Shown here: positions 1 to 6,901 of the stretch, in pieces
Layout of the letters: each line of letters starts with the position of its first letter
How positions within the stretch are numbered: position 1 is the stretch's first letter
The notes under the pieces: model-generated
Told to the model about the DNA's origin: nothing
The model's database searches: none
Seen by the model: the letters and a program-made list of their open reading frames with translations, nothing else
From: Methanobacteriota archaeon
GTDB taxonomy: Archaea; Halobacteriota; Syntropharchaeia; Alkanophagales; Methanospirareceae
Length of the DNA stretch: 13,729 nucleotides
Reading direction: 5' to 3'
Assembly (NCBI GenBank): GCA_034660015.1
Contig: JAYEII010000027.1
Span: 1-13,729, forward strand
Program-made: the position numbers and the translations under genes

Positions 1-1
1 C

Positions 2-406
2 ATGGCTGAAGAGGAGAATATAAAACACCTGTTGAAGATTTCGGGATATTCAGACATAGCGATAGAATACTTCCTCAAGAAAGTGAACGTAGGGAAAATA
101 GATAACCCTGACGCGTATTTTGTACATGTCGGCCCGTGCGGGGACACGATGGAGATTTTCCTGACTATCGAGCCGAAGTCACGAGTGATAAAGGAAGCGA
201 AATTTCAGGCGATAGGGTGCGCAGGGGCTTTTAGCTCTGGGTCTGCTCTCGCCGAGATGATAAAGGGGAAAACGATAGAGCAAGCGGCGAAGATAGAAGA
301 GGAAGACGTAATAGACTGGCTCGGTGGTATCCCAGGACAGAAGATTCACTGCACGTGTTTAGCAAAAAAGACGCTAAAATTCGCACTTAATGAATATAAA
401 GAGTGA
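2..406 (+). CDS. NifU/IscU-type Fe-S cluster assembly scaffold protein
   Basis: 134-aa ORF. Three scaffold cysteines sit in the expected contexts (GPCGD, AIGCAGA, GQKIHCTCLAKK), matching the IscU/NifU N-domain motifs CGD, GC..A and K.HCS. The ATG is at nt 2, so the 5' end is at or just inside the window edge. The TGA stop (404-406) overlaps a GTG of the next ORF. Confidence 0.8.
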   Translation: MAEEENIKHLLKISGYSDIAIEYFLKKVNVGKIDNPDAYFVHVGPCGDTMEIFLTIEPKSRVIKEAKFQAIGCAGAFSSGSALAEMIKGKTIEQAAKIEEEDVIDWLGGIPGQKIHCTCLAKKTLKFALNEYKE

Positions 407-417
407 GGGATAAAGAG

Positions 418-858
418 ATGGATGATTTAGATAAGAAGATACTGAGAGAACTGCAGCGTAATTCTCGCAGTTCGTTCACGAAGATTGCACAGAACATAGG
501 TGTAAGCACTGCTACGGTAAGCGAGAGGGTAAAAAGGCTAACAGAAAAAGGAATTATCTGTGGCTATACTGCGGTTCTCAATACCTCTGAACTCGGCATG
601 GTAACGTTAATCACAAAGATAAAAATCAAGCCTGGATATAGCGTTGATGTGGTCGGGAAGGAGATAGCGAAACTGGATGAGAGTTGCTGCATTCACCACG
701 TAACCGGGGATTTCGACCTGCTCGTTATCTCTAAGTGCGTGGGTCATGGTAAATGTGGAGCAGTGATAGAGAAAGAGAAGAACATAGAGGGTGTGCAGAG
801 CGTGGATGCGGAACTCGTGCTCAAGACGGTGAAGGAAGAGCTTAAGGTCAAGCTGTAG
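418..858 (+). CDS. Lrp/AsnC-family transcriptional regulator (HTH plus RAM/effector domain)
   Basis: N-terminal LDKKILRELQRNSRSSFTKIAQNIGVSTATVSERVKRLTEKGII is the classic AsnC-type HTH. The C-terminal VTGDFDLLV is the RAM-domain core. ATG 418 is preceded by GAGGGA (405-411). GTG 403 (a GTGA overlap with the upstream stop) is an alternative start. Confidence 0.85.
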   Translation: MDDLDKKILRELQRNSRSSFTKIAQNIGVSTATVSERVKRLTEKGIICGYTAVLNTSELGMVTLITKIKIKPGYSVDVVGKEIAKLDESCCIHHVTGDFDLLVISKCVGHGKCGAVIEKEKNIEGVQSVDAELVLKTVKEELKVKL

Positions 859-900
859 CTTTCTGATTTTACCCCGCGATTTTGAGCAATTAAGGTGAGC

Positions 901-915
901 TTTTTTTTGGGGGGG
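901..915. repeat. T8G7 homopolymer block; exact inverted partner of the C7A11 block at 5465-5482
   Basis: Read directly: TTTTTTTTGGGGGGG. The T8 run also fits an archaeal oligo-T terminator for the Lrp gene. Confidence 0.6.
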
Positions 916-916
916 T

Positions 917-1057
917 AAAACCTAAAATGTTTAGGGTAAAGGCGAAAAACCTCACACTAATTTAGTAAATCACGTGAAGGTTCATTTTTTAAAAGAATTT
1001 TGGCTAAAACTTCATGTTTGTTCACACTTGTAAAAAAACCGCAAGTTTTATATACTG
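917..1057 (+). promoter_or_regulatory. Promoter/regulatory module A of the molybdoenzyme operon (two AAAACCT...TTTAG boxes, TTCATTTTTTAAAAGAA element, BRE-like CGCAAG plus TATA box TTTTATATA at 1046-1054)
   Basis: AT-rich intergenic region. A TATA-like octamer lies about 70-80 nt upstream of the start codon and is preceded by a purine-rich BRE-like element. The module has a paralogous copy at 8482-8622. Confidence 0.6.
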
Positions 1058-1125
1058 TAAATATACAATCTATCAGTAGGAGGTAAAAAATAAATGCCTT
1101 CAAGGGGAAAAAAGAGGTGAAATAT

Positions 1126-1248
1126 ATGGCGACAAGAACGAATTCTATAAGTAGTTATAGTGATTTCAGAATGTCGCGGCGGACGTTCACTAAACTGGCG
1201 GCTTTAGGAACGGCTGCGGCTATCAGTGGGATTGGAGATGTCGGAGCT
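1126..1248 (+). other. Twin-arginine (Tat) signal peptide coding region
   Basis: The n-region ends in S-R-R-T-F-T-K (nt 1174-1194). The h-region is LAALGTAAAISGIG. The cleavage site is not determinable by eye. Confidence 0.7.
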
Positions 1249-3918
1249 TATCCTACGAAGTTTGTGGATAAACTGATAGAACCAGCGAGTGCTACGCCTG
1301 CTCCCGCTCCCGGGGGGCAACTCATAAAGACTATATGCTCGCATTGTGCAGTGGGATGCGGAGTGAATGGAAGAGTTGAGGACGGTGTATTAACAGGCTT
1401 GGAGCCGTGGACGGACCATCCAGTATGCGCGGGAGGGATGTGCTCAAAGGGAACTTCAATAGCAGAGATGGTTAATTCAGAGACCCGGCTGAAATACCCG
1501 ATGAAGAAGGAAGGTGGCAGATGGGTGCGAATCTCATGGGGAGAGGCGTTAGATGCGATTGCGGACAAGGTAAAAGAGATACAGGCGAACTACGGACCTG
1601 ACTCGATCTTCTGGATGGGTTCTGCGAAGGTGACAAATGAAGAGTGCTACTTATTCAGGAAGTTTGCAGCTTTCAACGGCACGAACAATGTGGACCACCA
1701 GGCAAGGATATGCCATTCCACAACTGTTGCGGGTATGGCGAACACGTGGAGCTATGGAGCAATGACGAACTCGTGGAACGACATGCGACACTCGAAGTTA
1801 ATCTTCTTCTGCGGTGAAAATGCTGCGGAGTCGCATCCCGTCTCGATGCAGCACATCCTCGAGGCGAAGGAGAGAGGTGCGAAGTTCATCGTAGCGGACC
1901 CGAGATTTACGAAGTCCGCTGCACTGGCTGATCAGTACGTGCGATTCAGATCAGGCACCGATATTCCATTAATCTGGGGAATTGCAAACGTAATTGTGAA
2001 TAACGACTGGCACAACAAGGATTTCATAGAAAAGAGATCATACGGGTTCGATCAATGGTGGGACGTGGTAAAGGAGTACACACCAGAAGTTGTGGAGGAC
2101 ATCACCTGGGTTCCGGCTGATACCATAAGGCAGCTCGCTTACGACTGGGCACACAACGACCCTGCTTGCATCTGCTGGGCAATGGGCGCAACACAACACA
2201 CAGTTGGCACCCAAAACATCAGGTCGTTTGCATGTCTCGAGGCACTCATGGGCTATGTCGGAAAATCAGGTGGCGGATGCAATGCGTTCAGAGGACACGA
2301 TAACGTGCAGGGTGCGACGGATATGTGTGTACTTTCTCACTGGCTGCCCGCATACTACGGTCTCACAGAAGGCTCGTGGAAACACTGGGTTGGCGTCTGG
2401 AATGAGCATGCGCCAATAACCTACGAGGAGATGAAAGCGAAGTTCGCAGAGTACAAGGGCAAGTCGCTGATGCACGTGAAGGGGATAACGGTCTCACGGT
2501 GGTATGAAGGAGTGCTCAACGAGGAATTCCCGGTTCATCAGCCAAATCCAATAAAGATGGTTTTCGTGTGGGGGCATTCGCTGAACTCGATTTCAGAGAT
2601 GAAGAAGATGAAGAAGGCGATGGAACAGATGGACTTGATTGTCGGGATAGACCCGCATCCGACGATTGCGGCGTCCCTTGCGGACAGACCAGATGGAATT
2701 ATAATACTGCCTGCATCCACGGTCTTCGAGAAAGACGGAAGCGTTACGAACAGTGCGAGACAGATGCAGTGGAGAAACAAGTTGGTGGAACCCTGGGAGG
2801 ACAGCAAGCCAGATATGTGGATTATGAAGGAGCTTGCGGATAGGCTTGGGTTTGGTGTGCACTTCACGTATAACAGCCCCGAGGACGTTCTCAGAGAGAT
2901 TAACCGCGGTGCCTGTGTAATCATGATGCGAGAATCGCCGGAACGATTGAAGCGACAGCAAGAGCACAGTGCTGATTTCAGTATCGAGGATTGTCAGGCA
3001 AAGGGCGGTCCCTGTAAAGGAGAATACTGGGGACTTCCGTGGCCCTGCTGGAATGATGAACATCCCGGAACACCGATTTTATACAGAAACGATATACCTG
3101 TCTCAGAAGGGGGGAACGAATTTAGACCCAGATTCCGAGGGAAAGGCTCTACAAACGGAAATCCGATTTCGGATGATGGCGTGAGCATGTTAGGTGCGGC
3201 ATACGGATACCCAGGAGGATATGACCAGTTGAACTGTGACGGCACGCCGGGTTCAGGATGGAAGTTTGAGCTGGACTGCGACTGGAAGGAGATGATTGCA
3301 CAGAACAAGTGCCCATCAGGAGCGGGAAGAATGAGATTCAGAGCCTGGAACTTGCCAGACCCTGTTCCGATACATCGCGAGCCGATAGAGAGTCCAAGAC
3401 CCGACCTGATAGATAGATACCCAACTTACGACGATGCTGAGGACCACTACCGTGTGAAGTGCCTGTATAAGACGATACAGCAGCAGCGGAAGAACCTTGT
3501 GAACGACTATCCAATCATTCTTACTACGGGCAGACAGGTAGAGCACATGGGCGGAGGCGCAGAGACGAGGTCGTGTCATTACCTTGTGGAGCTTCAGCCA
3601 GAGATGTACGTGGAGGTAAATCCTGCATTGGCTGCCGACATAGGCGTCAAACACTGGGACTACGTTTGGGTAGAAACGCTGAGAGGAAGATGCAAGGTCA
3701 GGGCATACGTGACGGAAAGGGTGAACGAAGAAACAGCGTTCATGCCTTACCACTGGGCAGGCTGGTTTGAAGGAGTTTCCTACGAGGATAGATACCCTGC
3801 TGAGTGCTGCGAACTCGCACTTGGTGATTCTTGCAATATCATCACCGTAGATGGATACGATAGAACAACGAACATGCAAGAGACGAAAGCGTGCCTTTGT
3901 AAGGTATATAGAGCATAG
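1126..3918 (+). CDS. fdhA: Tat-exported formate-dehydrogenase-type Mo/W-bis-PGD oxidoreductase, catalytic (alpha) subunit, Cys variant
   Basis: Twin-arginine motif SRRTFTK followed by a hydrophobic h-region. N-terminal [4Fe-4S] motif CSHCAVGCG...C. ARICHSTTVAG has the metal-ligand Cys (TGC 1711-1713) directly followed by His, as in FdnG/FdhA (U/C-H). AFRGHDNVQGATDM contains the FDH catalytic Arg (2290-2292). The protein is collinear with my recollection of FdnG (GATQHTVGTQNIR..., HREP...SP). ATG 1126 is preceded by GAGGTGA. GTG 1117 and ATG 1171 are alternative starts. Confidence 0.85.
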   Translation: MATRTNSISSYSDFRMSRRTFTKLAALGTAAAISGIGDVGAYPTKFVDKLIEPASATPAPAPGGQLIKTICSHCAVGCGVNGRVEDGVLTGLEPWTDHPVCAGGMCSKGTSIAEMVNSETRLKYPMKKEGGRWVRISWGEALDAIADKVKEIQANYGPDSIFWMGSAKVTNEECYLFRKFAAFNGTNNVDHQARICHSTTVAGMANTWSYGAMTNSWNDMRHSKLIFFCGENAAESHPVSMQHILEAKERGAKFIVADPRFTKSAALADQYVRFRSGTDIPLIWGIANVIVNNDWHNKDFIEKRSYGFDQWWDVVKEYTPEVVEDITWVPADTIRQLAYDWAHNDPACICWAMGATQHTVGTQNIRSFACLEALMGYVGKSGGGCNAFRGHDNVQGATDMCVLSHWLPAYYGLTEGSWKHWVGVWNEHAPITYEEMKAKFAEYKGKSLMHVKGITVSRWYEGVLNEEFPVHQPNPIKMVFVWGHSLNSISEMKKMKKAMEQMDLIVGIDPHPTIAASLADRPDGIIILPASTVFEKDGSVTNSARQMQWRNKLVEPWEDSKPDMWIMKELADRLGFGVHFTYNSPEDVLREINRGACVIMMRESPERLKRQQEHSADFSIEDCQAKGGPCKGEYWGLPWPCWNDEHPGTPILYRNDIPVSEGGNEFRPRFRGKGSTNGNPISDDGVSMLGAAYGYPGGYDQLNCDGTPGSGWKFELDCDWKEMIAQNKCPSGAGRMRFRAWNLPDPVPIHREPIESPRPDLIDRYPTYDDAEDHYRVKCLYKTIQQQRKNLVNDYPIILTTGRQVEHMGGGAETRSCHYLVELQPEMYVEVNPALAADIGVKHWDYVWVETLRGRCKVRAYVTERVNEETAFMPYHWAGWFEGVSYEDRYPAECCELALGDSCNIITVDGYDRTTNMQETKACLCKVYRA

Positions 3919-3930
3919 GAGGGATAGAAA

Positions 3931-4476
3931 ATGGCAATATATAAGTTTTTACATGATAAGGAGCGATGTATAGATTGTGGTGGATGCTTTGCTATTTGCA
4001 AGGACCAGAACAAGGTTCCGGAAGGAACAGCCAGAGTCCGAGTGGTGACGGTAAACGAGGGAAGACCAGGGGAAAGAAATATAACAATATCCTGCATGCA
4101 CTGCACTATCCCGGCATGTGAAAGAGCATGCCCGGTAAATGCGATAACCAAGCGACCAGATGGTGTTGTGATAAACGATAAAGACAAGTGCATAGGATGC
4201 GGATATTGTAGTTGGGCGTGTCCATTCGGTGCTCCGAAGTATCCGCATACAGGACCTGCTAATCTCCAGGGAATAATGGACAAATGCACTTTCTGTGTTG
4301 TTCCGTATGAGCAGGAGAAAGATGGAGCAGGGAATATTATACAGGGAGAACCAAACCCCAAATGTGCTGCGTTCTGCGCAACGAAAGCACGACTTGGTGG
4401 TGATGTAGCGGAGATAACAGCTACATATATGGCAAGAGCAGCAGGAAAGGTGGTGCAAAGGCAAGTGGGGGTGTAA
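3931..4476 (+). CDS. Four-cluster [4Fe-4S] ferredoxin-type electron-transfer (beta) subunit, DmsB/FdnH/HybA family
   Basis: Four Cys groups: CIDCGGCFAIC, CMHCTIPACERACP, CIGCGYCSWACP and CTFC...CAAFC. There is no signal peptide, which implies hitch-hiker export with the Tat alpha subunit. There is no C-terminal TM helix, unlike FdnH. It starts 12 nt after the alpha stop and is preceded by GGAGGGA. Confidence 0.85.
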   Translation: MAIYKFLHDKERCIDCGGCFAICKDQNKVPEGTARVRVVTVNEGRPGERNITISCMHCTIPACERACPVNAITKRPDGVVINDKDKCIGCGYCSWACPFGAPKYPHTGPANLQGIMDKCTFCVVPYEQEKDGAGNIIQGEPNPKCAAFCATKARLGGDVAEITATYMARAAGKVVQRQVGV

Positions 4477-4483
4477 ATAGAGT

Positions 4484-5461
4484 ATGAGCCACACAGCATA
4501 CGTTGTATTTACAGTATTCAGTCAGATGGCAGTGGGCGCACTGATAGCAATGGTCATCGCAGACTTTCTCGCAAAGGGAAAGGAGGAGGCAAAGTTCTTT
4601 GAGACCGGGGCATGGGTATGTGTCCCGGTCGCGGTTATTGGTCTGATAGCAATGCTCTCACACGAGGCACGTCCAATCCAAGCGATGATGACGATGAACG
4701 CAAACTTAGCTACGTCATGGCTGAGCAGAGAGTCCTTAGCATTGACGGTGTTTGTAGTCTTAGCGGTGATATATACAGTGCTGTGGCTATTTGAGCCAGA
4801 ATACGGCAGTCTCAAGGGGCTACCAGTAATACCAAAGATAGCAAAGATTTTTATGCCGCTCAGGAAGGTTGTTGGAATCTTAGGTGCGGTTGTGGGATTT
4901 GCGTACCTCGGTATAGGTGCAAAGGCGTACATGATGCCCACTATGCCTTCGTGGAACTTAGACACAACGCCGCTGTTCTTTCTGGTTACTACTCTACTCG
5001 TGGGCGTAACGGCAGTAGCAGCAGTTCTTTCAGCGAAATACATGCTTAAAAAAGAAACCGTGGAACGTTTTGCGAACTTTCTTTGGGCTACGTGGGGTAT
5101 TGCGCTGGTAATGGTAATTGTGCTGCTCTTCACACTGTTTACTAACATATCTGCGTTACAACAAGTTGGAGTGACAGAAGCCACAACACTAGCTCAAGCG
5201 GAAACACTAAAAAACATGCTGCATGGTGATTACACCGCGCTATTCTATGCACGAGTGATAGTAGGCGTTGTTCTGACTCTCGTATGCTTGGCAGCGCTTA
5301 TATTGCCGCTAAAGAAGAAGGACATCTCAAAAGCATCGGCTCTTACACTCGCAGTGTTTCTGTGTGCACTAATCGGGGAACTTCTGGGAAGGGCGGTGTT
5401 CTTCGGTGCGAACGTGTCTCTTGGTGAAGTCATGCCCTATGTTCTATCATCAATAGTATAA
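4484..5461 (+). CDS. Polytopic membrane anchor / quinone-interacting subunit, DmsC-type (NrfD/PsrC superfamily)
   Basis: 325 aa with about 8 hydrophobic segments. Collinear motif resemblance to E. coli DmsC, compared from memory: VFTVFSQMAVG, MLSHEARP...SWLSRE, PSWNLDTTP, GELLGRAVFFG. There are no obvious paired His residues for a b-haem. It starts 7 nt after the beta stop. Confidence 0.7.
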   Translation: MSHTAYVVFTVFSQMAVGALIAMVIADFLAKGKEEAKFFETGAWVCVPVAVIGLIAMLSHEARPIQAMMTMNANLATSWLSRESLALTVFVVLAVIYTVLWLFEPEYGSLKGLPVIPKIAKIFMPLRKVVGILGAVVGFAYLGIGAKAYMMPTMPSWNLDTTPLFFLVTTLLVGVTAVAAVLSAKYMLKKETVERFANFLWATWGIALVMVIVLLFTLFTNISALQQVGVTEATTLAQAETLKNMLHGDYTALFYARVIVGVVLTLVCLAALILPLKKKDISKASALTLAVFLCALIGELLGRAVFFGANVSLGEVMPYVLSSIV

Positions 5462-5464
5462 GAA

Positions 5465-5482
5465 CCCCCCCAAAAAAAAAAA
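5465..5482. repeat. C7A11 homopolymer block, reverse complement of T8G7 at 901-915
   Basis: Read directly: CCCCCCCAAAAAAAAAAA, immediately after the stop codon of the anchor gene. Confidence 0.6.
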
Positions 5483-5500
5483 CAGAAAAGAACAAAAATT

Positions 5501-5567
5501 GGGTTGTGGAATCAAACTTTAAGAAAGTTTGAAGTTTGAGCAAAATCCACAACCCGCTATTTTTTTT
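5501..5567 (+). terminator. Hairpin plus oligo-T terminator of the molybdoenzyme operon
   Basis: Perfect 10-bp stem GGGTTGTGGA (5501-5510) / TCCACAACCC (5546-5555). It encloses a nested 8-bp hairpin CAAACTTT (5513-5520) / AAAGTTTG (5524-5531). A T8 run follows at 5560-5567. Confidence 0.65.
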
Positions 5568-5580
5568 AATTTCTTAATTT

Positions 5581-5626
5581 AAAATAAAAAATGCTTGCAA
5601 TACTAATCTAACCCGTGCATGCAAGC
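5581..5626 (-). terminator. Hairpin plus oligo-T terminator of tatA (minus strand)
   Basis: 7-bp stem GCTTGCA (5593-5599) / TGCAAGC (5620-5626). On the minus strand it is followed by ATTTTTTATTTT (5581-5592). It lies about 40 nt downstream of the tatA stop. Confidence 0.55.
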
Positions 5627-5663
5627 CTTAACATCCTTTTCTGATTAATATACGATAGCAATC

Positions 5664-6026
5664 TTAGTCGGACTTAGGCGAAGAATCCAGCTTTGCCTGA
5701 ACTTCCTCTTTTAACTCCTCCTCGGTCTTCCCTTCGGTATCTATGCCCATATACGCAGCCACTTCTTTTATGTTTACTTCCTCGCCCTTTGTCTCCGCTG
5801 CCGCTTTTTTCGGTATCTCTTCTTCACTGCCTGCCACAGATTCTTCAAATTTCTTGTAGTTAATCTCCGCTTCCTTCCTCGCTTTTTTGAACTCTCCCAT
5901 TGCCTGTCCAAATGACCTGGCAAGTTGCGGCACCTTAGAAGCGCCGAACAGCAGAATGACTATCAATATTATTATCCCAATCTCAGTTGGTCCTATCCCT
6001 CCAATAAAAAGCATTCCTCCGATCAT
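5664..6026 (-). CDS. tatA: Twin-arginine translocase subunit TatA/E
   Basis: GIGPTEIGIIILIVILLFGASKVPQLARSFGQAMGEFKKA is the canonical TatA TM helix, hinge and amphipathic helix (FG..K.P...R..G....EFKKA). The C-terminal tail is acidic. A strong SD AGGAGGTG (complement of 6040-6047) lies upstream. Confidence 0.9.
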   Translation of the reverse strand: MIGGMLFIGGIGPTEIGIIILIVILLFGASKVPQLARSFGQAMGEFKKARKEAEINYKKFEESVAGSEEEIPKKAAAETKGEEVNIKEVAAYMGIDTEGKTEEELKEEVQAKLDSSPKSD

Positions 6027-6111
6027 CGTTTTTTTTTGGCACCTCCTAACTTAACTTATCTTGCTTATATAACATATTTTAAGTTTAGGTATATAAATAT
6101 ATCGTATTTTT

Positions 6112-6858
6112 TCAAGCTTTCTTTCTTAAAGAGAGCTTTGTTATTAGTAATCCAAGCTCGAACATAGCTATTGACACCACCGCCATCAACATTGAAATAC
6201 CCGTAGGGTCGGCGATGATAAAGAGAGCGATTCCTATTATCAGCCCATAAAATATCAGTCGCTTATCTTTGAGCCAGGAATACGTTACGAGCTTCATCCT
6301 TACCGCCAAAGCCATTATTAAAGGTATTTGAAAAATCAGCCCGAATCCCACGGCGGTGTAAAGGATAATAGAGAAAACCCTTTTAGCAGAAAGCCTCACC
6401 AGTGCTATCTCGCCGGAGTAGGCGATGATGTAATCAAAAACGCGTGGAAGCACGATGTAATAGGCGAAGAAAGTGCCGAGTCCATACAAGCATAGCGAAG
6501 GAATAACAACAATCAGGAAAAATCGCCTCTCCGACGGATATAAACCCGGTCGCATAAAAGCGAAAATCTCATATAGTAATAAGGGTAAAATAACAGAAAG
6601 AGCACATAAAAAGGAGAACAACAGCCTCACGCTTAGCCATTCCATCGGGCTGTATACAAATAAAGACATATCACCATGGAATAGATGGGTTAATAAGACG
6701 TGAAGGTAATCGTTTGAAAAAGGGAACATGATCAGAGTAACCGCTGCGAACGGGATTAAAACAACGATGAGTCTTCTTCGTAGTTCGGCGAGATGCGTGA
6801 TTAATGGAAGCTCCTCATCGCTCACAGGTTCACTTATCTCATTTCCAGTTTGTTCCAT
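6112..6858 (-). CDS. tatC: Twin-arginine translocase subunit TatC (canonical copy)
   Basis: THLAELRRRL N-terminal signature, six TM segments, and the cytoplasmic-loop motif RPGLYPSERR. It lies upstream of tatA on the same strand. Confidence 0.9.
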   Translation of the reverse strand: MEQTGNEISEPVSDEELPLITHLAELRRRLIVVLIPFAAVTLIMFPFSNDYLHVLLTHLFHGDMSLFVYSPMEWLSVRLLFSFLCALSVILPLLLYEIFAFMRPGLYPSERRFFLIVVIPSLCLYGLGTFFAYYIVLPRVFDYIIAYSGEIALVRLSAKRVFSIILYTAVGFGLIFQIPLIMALAVRMKLVTYSWLKDKRLIFYGLIIGIALFIIADPTGISMLMAVVSIAMFELGLLITKLSLRKKA

Positions 6859-6901
6859 TTTTTTTCTTATCCTCTTCCCTTTTAGTCAGGAGCAATGACA
6901 G

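Noticed and set aside
403-417. GTG 403 as the Lrp start (as in the ORF track)
   Set aside because: It is possible, given the GTGA coupling. However, ATG 418 has a better SD-like GAGGGA at appropriate spacing and yields the usual short N-terminus before the HTH. It is noted as an alternative rather than excluded.
1711-1716. Possible selenocysteine (TGA recoding / SECIS) at the FDH active site
   Set aside because: The active-site codon is TGC (Cys) followed by CAT (His), and the ORF is uninterrupted. No recoding needs to be invoked.
1248-3879. Multiple 65-187 aa ORFs on the minus strand or in alternative plus frames inside the alpha-subunit gene (e.g. 1248-1568, 2538-2924, 2593-3063, 2994-3308, 3316-3879)
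   Set aside because: They lie entirely within a long ORF that has strong family motifs. Their translations are low-complexity, Ser/Arg/Cys-rich and motif-free. They are typical shadow ORFs.
3780-5433. Antisense ORFs of 181-239 aa opposite the FeS-subunit and membrane-anchor genes (3780-4499, 3949-4494, 4522-5184, 5245-5433)
   Set aside because: They are shadow frames of confidently assigned genes. They have no recognisable domains and no independent start context.
901-5482. T8G7/C7A11 inverted blocks as terminal inverted repeats of a transposon or IS
   Set aside because: No transposase, integrase or target-site duplication is visible, and the T/A parts have a simpler terminator explanation. 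I kept it only as a low-confidence boundary observation, not as a mobile element call.
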